This document shows positions 1 through 11,606 of a stretch of 64,000 bases of DNA, piece by piece (the first letter of the stretch is position 1; the number at the start of each line of letters is the position of its first letter). A program made the translations under genes and the position numbers. The notes under the pieces were generated by a model that worked only from the letters and a program-made list of their open reading frames with translations, was not told the origin of the DNA and made no database searches. Source of the stretch: Cirrosporium novae-zelandiae. Lineage: Eukaryota. The DNA lies in NCBI GenBank assembly GCA_026023565.1, contig JAPETS010000072.1, positions 1 through 64,000 of the forward strand. Reading direction: 5' to 3'.

Positions 1-31
1 TGTTTTTTTTTTTTATTTTTTTTTTTTTTTT

Positions 32-63
<32 letters not shown>

Positions 64-1000
64 CCGTTTATACGTTTCGGTTTTTTGTCGATTATTCTCC
101 GTTTTTTTATCGTCCGTTTTTTTTTTCGTTTTTTGGGTATTTTTTTTCTATATTTCCTATATCGTTCGGCTAGATATATATAAACGTGTTCCGTCCCCCG
201 AATCGTTATCGGAGTCAGAGATTTCTGACGTTCGTATTATCGTTTATTCGCTGCTTGAACTATTTTTTTTTTTCGTAAAAAAAAATTTTTAGAATATCAA
301 AATTAGGGTTCTGATAATATAGATAACGATACGAATAAATAATATATTTATATCGTAATAATATTGAAATAATAATATTTTTATATAATATAAAATTGAA
401 AATTAGTTTTTCCTAGTTTTTTTTCTATTTTTTTATATAAATTTTTTTGTTTGACGTTTTTTTTTTTTCGGTAATCTATCGGCGCTATGTAACGCTATTT
501 CCCCGTTTTTATCCCGTTTTTGGTCCCCGGACGTAGCGACCCCTTCTAGTACTCCACTTCCCCTCCTTTGTGACAGAACCCCTTTTTAGTATTCTACTTC
601 TCTTCCTTTGTGACAGAATCTGAAAATTTTGATAATTTTATAATTATTCAGAATAATATTATTCGGTGGGATTCTATCTGTATTTTTATTGAGCGGGCTA
701 TGAAATTGAGAAATCGAATAAATTTATATTCGATAAGAATTTCTAGCAAACCTAAATACGATATTCTTTTTTTTTTTGATAATATTTTATATCCCGATAA
801 TTGGGAAAAATTTACCGTTATTCTAGTATTTCTACAGTTATTTCGGGATATTATAAAACGATATTAAAATTATAATTAAATAATTTTATATAGAAATATA
901 TAGAAGTTTTTATTAATATTAAAATATTTTTTAGATTTTTTCGAAACCGAAAAAATCCGTTTGCAATACTATAAATTTTATAAATATATATTGATATTTC
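1..1000. mobile_element. RIP-degraded AT-rich repeat remnants (element type unresolved), including a poly-T tract at 1-63
   Basis: Extreme AT richness, depletion of CpA/TpG with retention of CpG, and no intact ORF; same mutational signature as the adjacent LINE. Confidence 0.6.
541..620 (+). repeat. 40-bp tandem duplication
   Basis: cccttctagtactccacttcccctcctttgtgacagaacc vs cctttttagtattctacttctcttcctttgtgacagaatc; 7 differences, all C>T. Confidence 0.95.
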
Positions 1001-4000
1001 TATCGTTACGAATACTAAGACACGAAAAAACGCTTTTTAGTGACCCCGCGCCACCAAATCAATTCACTATTGTGACGACCGTTATACGAAACAGTTAACG
1101 TTTATCTAAGGCCTATAAAGCCTAGCAGCAATGGGGAAATATCGGGGGCTGAAAAAATACGTGCCGTCAGCGAGAACCAGACGGATACGAGAGGGCGACA
1201 GCGTCTAAAAAACGAATCGAACGAACCGGAGCAAAATTTTGTAATAAAATCTAGCGATTCGGTACTACGATCCTTATTCTAAAAGGAAAACGACCAGACG
1301 GAGAAACGTCGTCGAGGAATCTTACGAAAAAGAAAAAGCCCCAAAAAAAAACAGATTGATAACCGGGATATCCCAATCGAATAAACGGCTAGATATACAA
1401 TAGTACGTATATTTCCCGCAGTCGGAAAAAAAATATACCAGGCTCTAAAAACCGACGATTTTACGGTATAATTACGGGAGATATTTTTCGGTCTAAAAAT
1501 CCGAATAATCGTTTTAGAAAAACGAGACAATAAAATTATAAAAATCTAAAAAAAAAACTAGAAAAAATTATACGCGACTAAATAAAAATTTTTAATAATT
1601 AGAAAAACAGTTACAACAATAATCCAAATACTGCAGGCCCGGATGGAGACCGCAGAAACTATATATAGCGGGGCGGAAAATTTTGCAAATAGGGGTTATA
1701 TAATCCCGGTAATTAGGCCCGAACGGGCAATAAAAAAAAAAAGGGTAATATTTTCCCTAATAATACCCCGAGCGGATATAATAGCCGGATCGCAGGTATC
1801 TAACACGCGGACAATAATACAAACGGATAAAAAAACCTAGAAAAACCCCCAATAAACGGCAAAAATAATTAGACAGGAAATCCTACCGTTAATACCGAAA
1901 ACCCCGAAATAGATTTCTGTAAAAATAACGCCGGAATTTACGGGGTTCATTTATACCAAAATAACCAGTAGAATGGCAGATAAGCCTAATAAAAAATAAC
2001 AAATAATCAAACCCCGTAAAAAAAAACGTACTGGTTCCGCAGGCGGGAACACAAAAATTGAAAATTAGAAAATACTGATTTTTAATAAAAAAAAGATCGA
2101 ATATTCGGGTTCTACGGCATCAGTAATAACGGCGATCAACGCCAAATTAATTAATTTAGGCGTACCGCCTAAATTACGGATGCGGGAAACCTATATTAAT
2201 AGAGAAAATAATCTAAAAATCATATTCGATAAAAAAATTAATACGGGTATATTAATATCTAAATATAAACAGAAAATTCTAAAAACCGTAACGAAAATAG
2301 ATAACGCGATAATAAATATACGTTTATTAAAAACCCTGTATTAAGTAAAAATATAAAAAATATTTCTAAAAATATTTAGGGGTCCAGATAGGCTAAATCT
2401 AATAAAAAAAAATCTAGAAAATATTTATTAATTATCCCGAAACACGGTAATCGTATAAGTAACGCCGGAGAAATACCGCCAGAAACGGGTACGAATCGGG
2501 TTTATATTAAAAAAATATATTATTTCGGTTAAAATAGGGTTCCCGCTTATAATATACGAAAAATAAAAAATCGAAAACTGTTATTTGGCGGGACGCAGAT
2601 TTCGATATATCCGATAATTCACGTTAGAAATAAATAAAGCGTATCTAAAATACGCCTAATTAAAATATAAATTATTCCTGGAATATAGAAATAAAACCTC
2701 TAAATATATTATATACGCGGAAATACACGAAACGTAAAACCACCGGTGTCGAATAACAGAATATAAGTCCGCGTATACGGGGGTTTATATATATATTTTA
2801 TTAAAATATACAAACTGTTTAAGCCCCTATATAGCCACGGACGGAAAATACCCAGTTACCCGAAAAACAGAAACAGAATATACGAAAAAAAAACGCCGAA
2901 AAAACGTTATATAATCGTTCTACGTGTTTATTTTTTTAAAAGAAAAAATAAGTATACAGAACTCTAATCAAAAACCAAAAACCCCCGAACCAGAAATTTA
3001 GGAAAAAATAGGGGAAAAAACGTAAATAATACCCGAAATACCGATAATACCAAAAATACCGGTAATATCCGTACCGCAGATAGATAGCGATATATCCGAA
3101 TTATAAATAAAAATATTATAATATAATTATTATAGAAAATACGATATAACGATCGTAGTTTTAAAATCGATTATATAAATCGGAGCGGATATAATATTAT
3201 TATAAAAATCTGGCCAAAAATTAAAAAAAAAAATATTATATCCGGCGTAAGATTTTTATTGGTCCGAATTAGGAGCCTAAATGGGGTATAAAACCGCAAA
3301 AACGGTTATTATTATACGCAGAAATCGAAAAAATATCGTTTTTAAAATAATCGTAAAGACCGATCTGGTTAATTATCTTTATTTTATAGCGCTGAATATC
3401 AGTATAATAAACGCAGACGGAAAAACAGAAAACCCGATCAAAATAATTAACGTTTACGATCAAAAATTGAAGAGCGTATATTCCTAAAAATAAAACCGAT
3501 AGCAAAAATTTAGAAAAACTTTATAAAACGTAAAATAAAAACTTATTTTTAATAAAAATAAAATAATATTAATAGGGGATTTCAATATTTATAATTTAAT
3601 ATAAAAGCCCGAACGAATTATTTGCGTAAACGATACGCCTTTAATAACGTTTATAGAAAAATAGGGTTTAATTATATAGAATAACGCCGCCCAGAATATC
3701 TGATTCGGAAAAAAATCGGTTCGTTATTTAATAATCGATCTAATAATAATCAATTCCGTAATAGAGCCGTTTCAGGGATAATCTGCAGACGTGGTAATCG
3801 ACAAAATAAATAATAAATTAAAAACTGGTTCAGATCACGCCTTTATTTAATTCGAATAAAAAAATTAAAACCCAAAAATAAACCAGCCAATCCCGAATTC
3901 GTGGAATTTAAAACCGCTAAAAAACCCCCAATAATAAACTAAAACGAAATAAAAATAGGAATTCTAATTAATTACGAAAAATATATTAACCGCAGATTAT

Positions 4001-7000
4001 ACGAAAACGTAATTAAAAAACGAAATATAAAAAATTACTATCCAATTAAAAATTATTCTAAATAAATACGCAAAATCTAAACGGGTATACGTCTGATCGA
4101 AAATTTGATAAAATCCCGAATATACCGCCAAAAAATACGAATACTGTATAGCGTTTAAAAAAGCGAAACAAAAACGCCGAATCTACGAAAAAATTAAAAC
4201 GGTGTTTAAAGAATTCACAAAATTAATTAAAATTAAAAAAAAAAATAAATAAATCGATTTTCTCCAAATATATATAAAAAAAAACGATCTAAACAAACCT
4301 TTAAATCCCGAAAATATTCAACGAAAATAGAAAATATTGAAATACTACAAACCCTAAAACCGAGACCTGACGCCGGCGCTCCGTATAAAAAACGGGAGGG
4401 TAGCGGTGGAGACCAAAAACAAAAAATTTTTTATACGGGAGCGAGTATTCCCGCCACCCCCAGAAAGCCCCGAACCCCGGTTTCCGATAAAAAAAATATT
4501 CGCCCAATAATTATCTGAAAAAACGGTGCGGAAAATATTATACGCATAAAATACGAATAAAGCCCCAAAATACGACGGAATCTAATTTAGAGCGCTCCGT
4601 ATACTATAGTAATAGGATCCCGGTAGAATAACGGAGGTAGTCCGGTATTGTTTCCGGCTAAAATATCACCCGACGCAGTAAAAATATACCCGGAAAATAT
4701 TATTATTTAAATTTAGACGAACCGATAAAATATTAATTAAAAATTATAAAATAATAAATTTATTATATTATTTAAATAAAATAATCGAAAAAATTGCAAC
4801 GGACGCGCTAACGAATATATACGAAAATCTAAATAAATTATATAAAAATTAATTTAGATCGAAACGTAATCGGAACGTAATCGATACGTTTACGTGCTTA
4901 ATATATCGAATAAAAAAAAAGTTTAATCGAAAACAGATAATTTATATTTTATTTATAAACGTTAGAAAAACGTTTAATTATATATTGAAATTCAAACTGA
5001 TTTAATACCTAAAATAATTAAAAATCGATAAAAATATTATTAGATAAATAACCAATTTTACGATTTAACGAAACGTCGAATTGGTAATCGACGGAAAAAT
5101 ATAATCCCGAATCAGTATAAAAACGGGGGTACCGCAGAGATTATTTGTATCCCTAATATTATTTCTAATATATTACAGCGGGTTATTCGCAGCCGTAGAA
5201 TAAACGATTTTTGGGATTAAAACTCTATTATTCGTGGACGACGTAAATTTCTCGATTATCTATATAAATAATAAATAAACCCGAAAAACCACCCAATAAA
5301 TAGCGAAAACGGCGGTTCAATAAAAAAAAAAAAATAAATTAGAATTCGACGCCCAAAAAACCGAGATTATAATTTTTTCTAAATTACGTAAACACCAAAT
5401 TTAAATAAATATTAAATCGAAAATTAGGATTAATAATTATCCGATCGAATATAAAACGGATTACGTGCGGTAATTAAATATATAGCTAAATCCGAAATTC
5501 AATTTTTAAATCTATTACGCCCAGCGCCTAGCTAAAACCAGGCACGCGGAAAAAATAATCAGATATATTTATTACCGAAACGGGCTATTTACGGAATTTA
5601 CGCGCCAGATAGTCGTAGCAATTATAATATCAATCTATATATACGGGTATAAAATCTGGTAGAAAGGGCAGATCGGGTATCAAATAGAATTTCAAAAATT
5701 ACTGAATAGGCTCGTAAAACTAATAATAAAAATCTATAAAATAATCCCGATAATAGCGGTTATATAGAAAATCTATATATATCCCGCAAGCGTAATACTA
5801 AATACCGCGCAGAAAAAATATAGATTTCGATATTTTTAAAAAACCGAAAAAAATCCAACGAACCTAATATTGCCGATAACGTTTAAAATAAAAAACGCAG
5901 GCGCTTAATCAGAGGAATAACCGCTGCAAAATTTTCAATAAATCTAAAAAACTAAAAAAAACACGTTAGACCAATATTTGGTTATAACGATAATCTAAAA
6001 AGTAATAAATCCGGGTTTTAGAATCGAAAAAACCTAAATAACCGAAGAAAATAGGTTTTTAGAAAAAATAATAATATTTTTAGAATAATAGGCCTTCAGC
6101 GAAACGCTAGCGTAAAACTGGAAAAACGTATATTGATCGGACGGATTTAGACTAGAAAACCGCAAAATAAAAACGGGGATAATCTAAAAAATAGCCGAAA
6201 AAATCCCGTGGACAATACGGAAATACTATCTAGATCAAAATAAAAAAATATTCGATATAGAGTTTTAGAGGGCGCAGACGGCCCTAAAAATAACGGTCAA
6301 AATATATTTAAATAATTATAAAATCCCCGGAAAAAAAATAATAATATTATTTGATTCGTAAACGGCTATCAGGCGGATCGAAAAAAAAGGATTAAAAAAA
6401 AATTAAACGATTATATAAAAAATATACGAATATATTAAATATTTAATCGATCAAAAAACGAAAATCGTTATTAAATAGATTTCAAAATATTATAAAATAT
6501 TAAAAAACGAAACAGTAGATTAAACGGCCAAAATAAATATAACGCTAAAAAATAATAGAATAACTGAATAAATTTCGCTAATTTATATAGCCCGTAATAT
6601 AACGGAAAAACGGATTATAAAAACGTACAATCAACTGCGCAGTTAAGAAATAAAAAAATCGCCCGATAAATTTTATCGAATATATCTAAAATATAAAAAA
6701 GATCGGGTATTAAAATACGCGTTTAAAAGGCTGGTAGATAGGCTCTATTAAATAAAAACGGGATACGCCGCCACCGAAAAATATATATACCGTACGAAAA
6801 TTATTATTATTCCGGAATACTGGTGATACGGGATTTTATATTAAAATATCCCCTATTTAATATTAATATACCCGCGCTGAAAAACGGCTAAAGCCCGTTT
6901 ACGGGAAATAATAGAAAAATAAAGGGGCCAATAATCTAGTATAACCGACAGAAAAAAACTAATATTCGTATTAGAGGACCGAAAATTCTCTAAAAATTAG

Positions 7001-7472
7001 ATACGCTTTTTAAGCGATACGGAGGTGGGGAAACCCCAGTACTAAGTCAGACACGAAACGGAAAATCGTGAAACGTATCTAGATTGAAAGTAGGTAAAAC
7101 CCGGATACGAGAAAAAAAACGATCCAGAAACAGGTATTAAATAAAAACTGGACCCGTAGTAAAAACGCGGGATAAACGTATACGTAAATAAAAACTGAAA
7201 AAAATCGAAAATAAATACGAGTGAACCTATTTATAGATTACGAATACCGAAATAACGCTAAAAAATTATCCGGTTAAATAAATCAGGTGATTCTAAGAAA
7301 TCCAAAAAAAAAGGGAAACTATATAGCCGAACCAGAGGGGTAATCCCCACCACTATAGTTAAAAGCAAGCCCGAAAGGGGATACAAAGGGGCCTAAAAGC
7401 CCCCGAGTAGAGTCCGTTATAGTTTCTAAGCGATATATGGACATAAAACAATGAATAATCATCATTATCATT
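1000..7472 (+). mobile_element. Near full-length non-LTR retrotransposon (Tad1-like LINE), inactivated by RIP
   Basis: Degenerate gag-like ORF1 with Cys/His knuckles (~2700-2870). ORF2 has APE-like remnants (~3110-3900), RT motifs KAP[G]xDG (~4560), GVPQ..S.ILF (~5126) and FVDD (5231-5242), RNase H motifs SDG (~6135), FD.E (~6253) and [W]I..[H]..I..NE.[A]D (~6475-6520), and a C-terminal TG[H]...CWWCG..H knuckle (~6757-6872). 3' tail of (ATC)n-like repeats to ~7472. 5' boundary approximate. Confidence 0.9.
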
Positions 7473-7904
7473 AAATATCTGAAAATCTAACTATTATTAT
7501 TTTTAGTTCAGAAACAGATACTACGTTTTTACTGATTTATAGATAAATTTCAGTCAGATAATTAAAAATATATTCTAATATTCTTATTACAATCGTGTTT
7601 ATTTACGCTATAAATTAATTATATTTTATAACAGCTTATAATTAATAGGAACCTTAGGCCTCTTATAAAAATGCCGATAGAACCAGGAAAAAATTAAATA
7701 TATTCAAAAAATAACAGATTTCTATTTTAGAATACCTTGATTGGAGGGTAGGGGAATTGACAATAGAGATATTAGAAATATATAATAGAACAATACAGAT
7801 ATTCAACTAAGACTGCAGAAACTGAGAAGTAATTTTGTCGTTGGCTGTATCATCGATGAAAATAGCAGCAGCGACATTCCGTGTTTCGTATTGTGACGGT
7901 ATCC

Positions 7905-8004
7905 TAGTGTTGGCAGTAGACCAGACCGACCAGACCGACCCCCTTGGTCTGGTCGGTCTAAGGTCTATAGACCGTCTATTTGGTCCAGTCTATTGCCAAC
8001 ACTG
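7905..8004. mobile_element. 100-bp hAT-like MITE
   Basis: 23-bp imperfect terminal inverted repeats tagtgttggcagtagaccagacc / ggtccagtctattgccaacactg (4 transition mismatches); YAGTGTTG terminus resembles hAT TIRs; internal agacc/ggtct sub-repeats. Confidence 0.75.
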
Positions 8005-8184
8005 CGCAATACATACTCCAGTTACGGCTTTCGTTTACGGCCGTACAGATATTCTACCTACCCCACTTTGTTTCTTTTGGTTCACCGTTATCGCGCGATT
8101 GAAATGGCCGCTCAGGCGGCGAGAGTGAGGGAACCTGATAAGGCAGGGTGAAAAGGTATTGAGAAGGGAATCTCTTAATCATAA

Positions 8185-8246
8185 TCAAGTTTATGTATGG
8201 CGGAGCGGACGGGATGCCCAGTTCTCTTGAGCCTGTGGTCGTATGT
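8185..8246 (-). pseudogene. Truncated dispersed 5S rRNA gene (5' ~62 nt only)
   Basis: Minus strand ACATACGACCACAGGCTCAAGAGAACTGGGCATCCCGTCCGCTCCGCCATACATAAACTTGA matches the 5' half of Pezizomycotina 5S rRNA; TATA-like element about 30 nt upstream (8272-8282); 3' half missing. Confidence 0.85.
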
Positions 8247-9551
8247 GCTAGATTAGGGTGTGTGGGAAGGGTTTTATGTATAGGTTTGTATGGGAGGTGG
8301 GTTAGGTTTGAGTTTTAAGTTTGGGTGCAGCCGGTATACTACCATACTGATATAGTATATACAACACATATTAAGAGAGAGACAGAGAGAGATCTTTGTT
8401 TATATATATAATTATATAGCTTACATCTTAGCAAAACCAACAAATTTATAAAACCGATCAACCTAGACGGAAGTAGTTTTTCTTTTTCTTTTCTTTGTAC
8501 GAACTAAGTAACTAGCTGCATGTTGACACACACACACACACACACCGTGTTATGCTACAATGTACTGTACGTCTGTCAGTTCATCATCACATCATATAGA
8601 CTATAGTCCTCAACTAACGAGATTAATTGATTGATTGATTGATTGATTTATACGTTTTCTTTATCCTTAGTGATCGCTAGTAGCATACGTATACCTACCT
8701 ACCTACCCAGATAATAGCAATGTGGTGGTACTGTACAGTAAACTTGTTATCAAAAATGTATTGTATTTACTGTTTATCTATCCTATCCTATCCTATCCCA
8801 TCCCTCTCGCCTTCTACCTTTTTTTTCTTCTCTACATATTGGTTTTTAGGCTTTAGGTTTCTTTTTTATCTGAGATAAATTGAAAAAGAAAATAAAAGGA
8901 TTTGATTCGAGGAAGTAGGTTGGGGGAGGGGGGGGGGTCTTGACTTTTAGGGCTAGAGCAATAGGGCTGCGGTACAGTAGATTGGGAGTGGGGGTGGGGG
9001 AGGGGGGTTCGTTGCTTTATAGATTATAGATTACCTATATCTACATATCTACATATCTAGTCGAGTACACATTTAATCATCTACTACCTGGTCCAGTGCC
9101 CCAACAATAGCCATACTATATATTTTTCATTATCATTTAAAGACCATGATTCTGTAATTCCTAAATTATAATCACCAGCCATTGATCTCTGGGTAATTAT
9201 TACAGAACAAAAGGTTCGTGATCTGTGAACGCTAGAGCTCCATTGCAGTAAAATTCCGTGATATATTTTCCATAATTTACTACGAAAGGGGAAAAGGGTT
9301 AATAGGATCTACAGAACGCTAGAGTAGACTTGTTGCCGTCCCGTCCATGACTACTATACAGTACAAGCAAACGAAGGAAGTTGTGGAAAATAGGGAAGAA
9401 AAGTGCACCTTGGTCAAAAAGTGGGTCTCTGTACGAAATACTTAAGTACTTCTGAGGTGAATGAGTGTGACGTCTTGTCTCCTCATAACAAGCAGCAGGC
9501 AGGCATTTTGAAAGATAATGTTGTATCTTCCATCCGGATCTCGTAGTTTCT

Positions 9552-9560
9552 AGCAGCAGC

Positions 9561-9594
<34 letters not shown>

Positions 9595-9595
9595 C
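9552..9595 (+). repeat. (CAG)n(CAA)n trinucleotide microsatellite
   Basis: Seen directly. Confidence 0.9.
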
Positions 9596-10138
9596 AGGAC
9601 GAGGATAGCAATACGAGGGACGCGATTGGAAAGCGGCACCATAGAGATATGTATTGTAGCCTGAACGAGCAGAGGGTAATGACGTTCTGGGGCGTAGCTA
9701 GCGTTGGCTTGTTCCGCTTCTATTTGTAATACTGTAGGCTGTAAGAGGAAGAAGATGGTTCATCTGGAGTTGATGGGCTAGAAAGGTCGAGGGGTAGAAG
9801 AACACGTCACTGACCTCGATTTTCGAGTATGCAGGGCCCTTCCTTGCTCTCTGTACTTTCTTGGTATTGATTGTAATAGTACCTAGGATGTCCAGAACTC
9901 TACCCCTCCACACATGCTGCCCGAACAGTAATGCACCTGATAATCAATAATCCATGACCAGAACCATTCATAGGGTTATTTCTTAACGAGAATAAGTCAC
10001 TCTATGACAATACGGCAATCTTTGTCTGGATCATTATCCTTTGTTCCGCCTGACTGTGTTCAACTTATTTTTGAACTGATTATTATCCTCATCGGTCAGA
10101 CAGTCTTACCCCTATGGGCATTCACGAAGAAGCACAGA

Positions 10139-10900
10139 ATGGGACCCACGCGTTTGGGATTGGAGAGATACCTTGGATCATCATTAGATAAGGTCAACAA
10201 TGAACATCCAGAAACGGGCTTCACTCCTCTCTCTGTGGCTTTAAACAAAGGACACTCCAGGGTCATGAAGCTTCTCCGGCAACACCAGGCCGAAGCCAAC
10301 AAGCCAATTGGAGATGGAAGGATGACTCCATCCAGCAGCTAACGCAAAAAGAAATTGGCCTCATATTGTCAAGCTAATCCTGGAATACGGCGCTATGGTG
10401 GACCAGATGAGTGCCGTTTGGAAAAATGAGAGTCTGAGACGCCGCTGATGGTAGCCATCACACAAGCTCAAGATCCCAAAGTCATCAAATTGCTTATAGA
10501 TGCGCGAGCTTCATTGACCAAAACAAATAACAGACGTAAGAGTGCACAAACCCTCGTGACGCAGTCGTCGGATCCAGCCATCAGCCATCAAGAAAACAAT
10601 TCTACTCAAGGATCAAGTCCGCAATCTTACTACCTTAGCAATGTATCAGCCAGTTCTATGTTGCGGTAAGTCTAAATATTTGTATTTATTGGATGATCAG
10701 TCTCAAGTGCAGCCACAGATGATAGCGGATCAATGTAGCAAGAGAATAGAATGGAATTCCAGAGGAACCTCGTAGTGGAGGAATAAATATTGGAATATAA
10801 TTGAGGGAAAGGATCCTGAAGCCGAACATATACGACTTCTTCTTCGAGAGGAGAAGTACTAAAATGATCATACCTAATTGTAACCATCACGGATGGATTT
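10139..10900 (+). pseudogene. Ankyrin-repeat + vWA-domain protein pseudogene
   Basis: Ankyrin motifs GFTPLSVALNKGH..VMKLL and TPLMVAITQAQDPKVIKLLIDA across frameshifts; MIDAS-like DDSGSM immediately followed by a stop (~10718-10738); LIVTITDG (~10875-10897). Confidence 0.65.
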
Positions 10901-11144
10901 CGAAATGCCACAGTAGGATGTAGCCAAAAGCTGATTCAGTTGTCCTGCACACTATGCTGAAGCAGTCAAACGGTCATGCTCTTGTGTAGTTTACACATCT
11001 CCCTCTTCACAATATCGCATCATCATCGCTAGGGTTTACTTGCCAACACTTTGAGCGGATGGGGGTGCATCCCTCCAAATAGCTCCTAGGACACAGAATG
11101 ATAGAATCCATCATTTGTAAGAAACAGTATTCGGCTTCTCATTC

Positions 11145-11606
11145 TCACTTATCATTCCCAGCATCGGCATCGCTCATGGAGATTTTCAAGTCCGGTAATG
11201 ACTCGCGTTGCAAGGTGGCACCCGCGCAAAGCCAACTGGCGTATTTATTTGACGTACAGGAATTCCTTGAGATCATCCCAAGTGAGTCGGAAATAACATC
11301 GTACTGACTTCGCGATATCGGTTCACTCGTACTGTGCAAAACATATCTTCTGGACAGTCCCGTACGGGTCAATAAGCTCATAAATATGGTCCAAAGGCCG
11401 TCCTTGCTCCGGCGGTATTTGGAGTCACTTTCAGCTATGCATGGGTCCACTTCGTTTGTTAGTCTAGCTAGATCCTCCTCACCCGGTGACTTTTGAGTTA
11501 TAACAGCTAGGTAGGTTAGCATCCCGACATATTGCCAAATGCGTTTAATATGGCTTTCATCAGCATTCGTTATCGTAGGCCGTGGGACAACTGTGAGAAA
11601 TTTCAT
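11145..11606 (-). CDS. Hypothetical protein or gene remnant (153-aa ORF)
   Basis: Open frame with protein-like composition and no recognisable motif; upstream frames are broken. Confidence 0.25.
   Translation of the reverse strand: MKFLTVVPRPTITNADESHIKRIWQYVGMLTYLAVITQKSPGEEDLARLTNEVDPCIAESDSKYRRSKDGLWTIFMSLLTRTGLSRRYVLHSTSEPISRSQYDVISDSLGMISRNSCTSNKYASWLCAGATLQRESLPDLKISMSDADAGNDK

Noticed and set aside
610..4507. Short ORFs listed in the ORF track within the AT-rich block
   Set aside because: Chance frames in RIP-degraded transposon DNA
9299..9595. Poly-Leu ORF resembling a signal peptide
   Set aside because: Artefact of the (CAA)n microsatellite read on the minus strand
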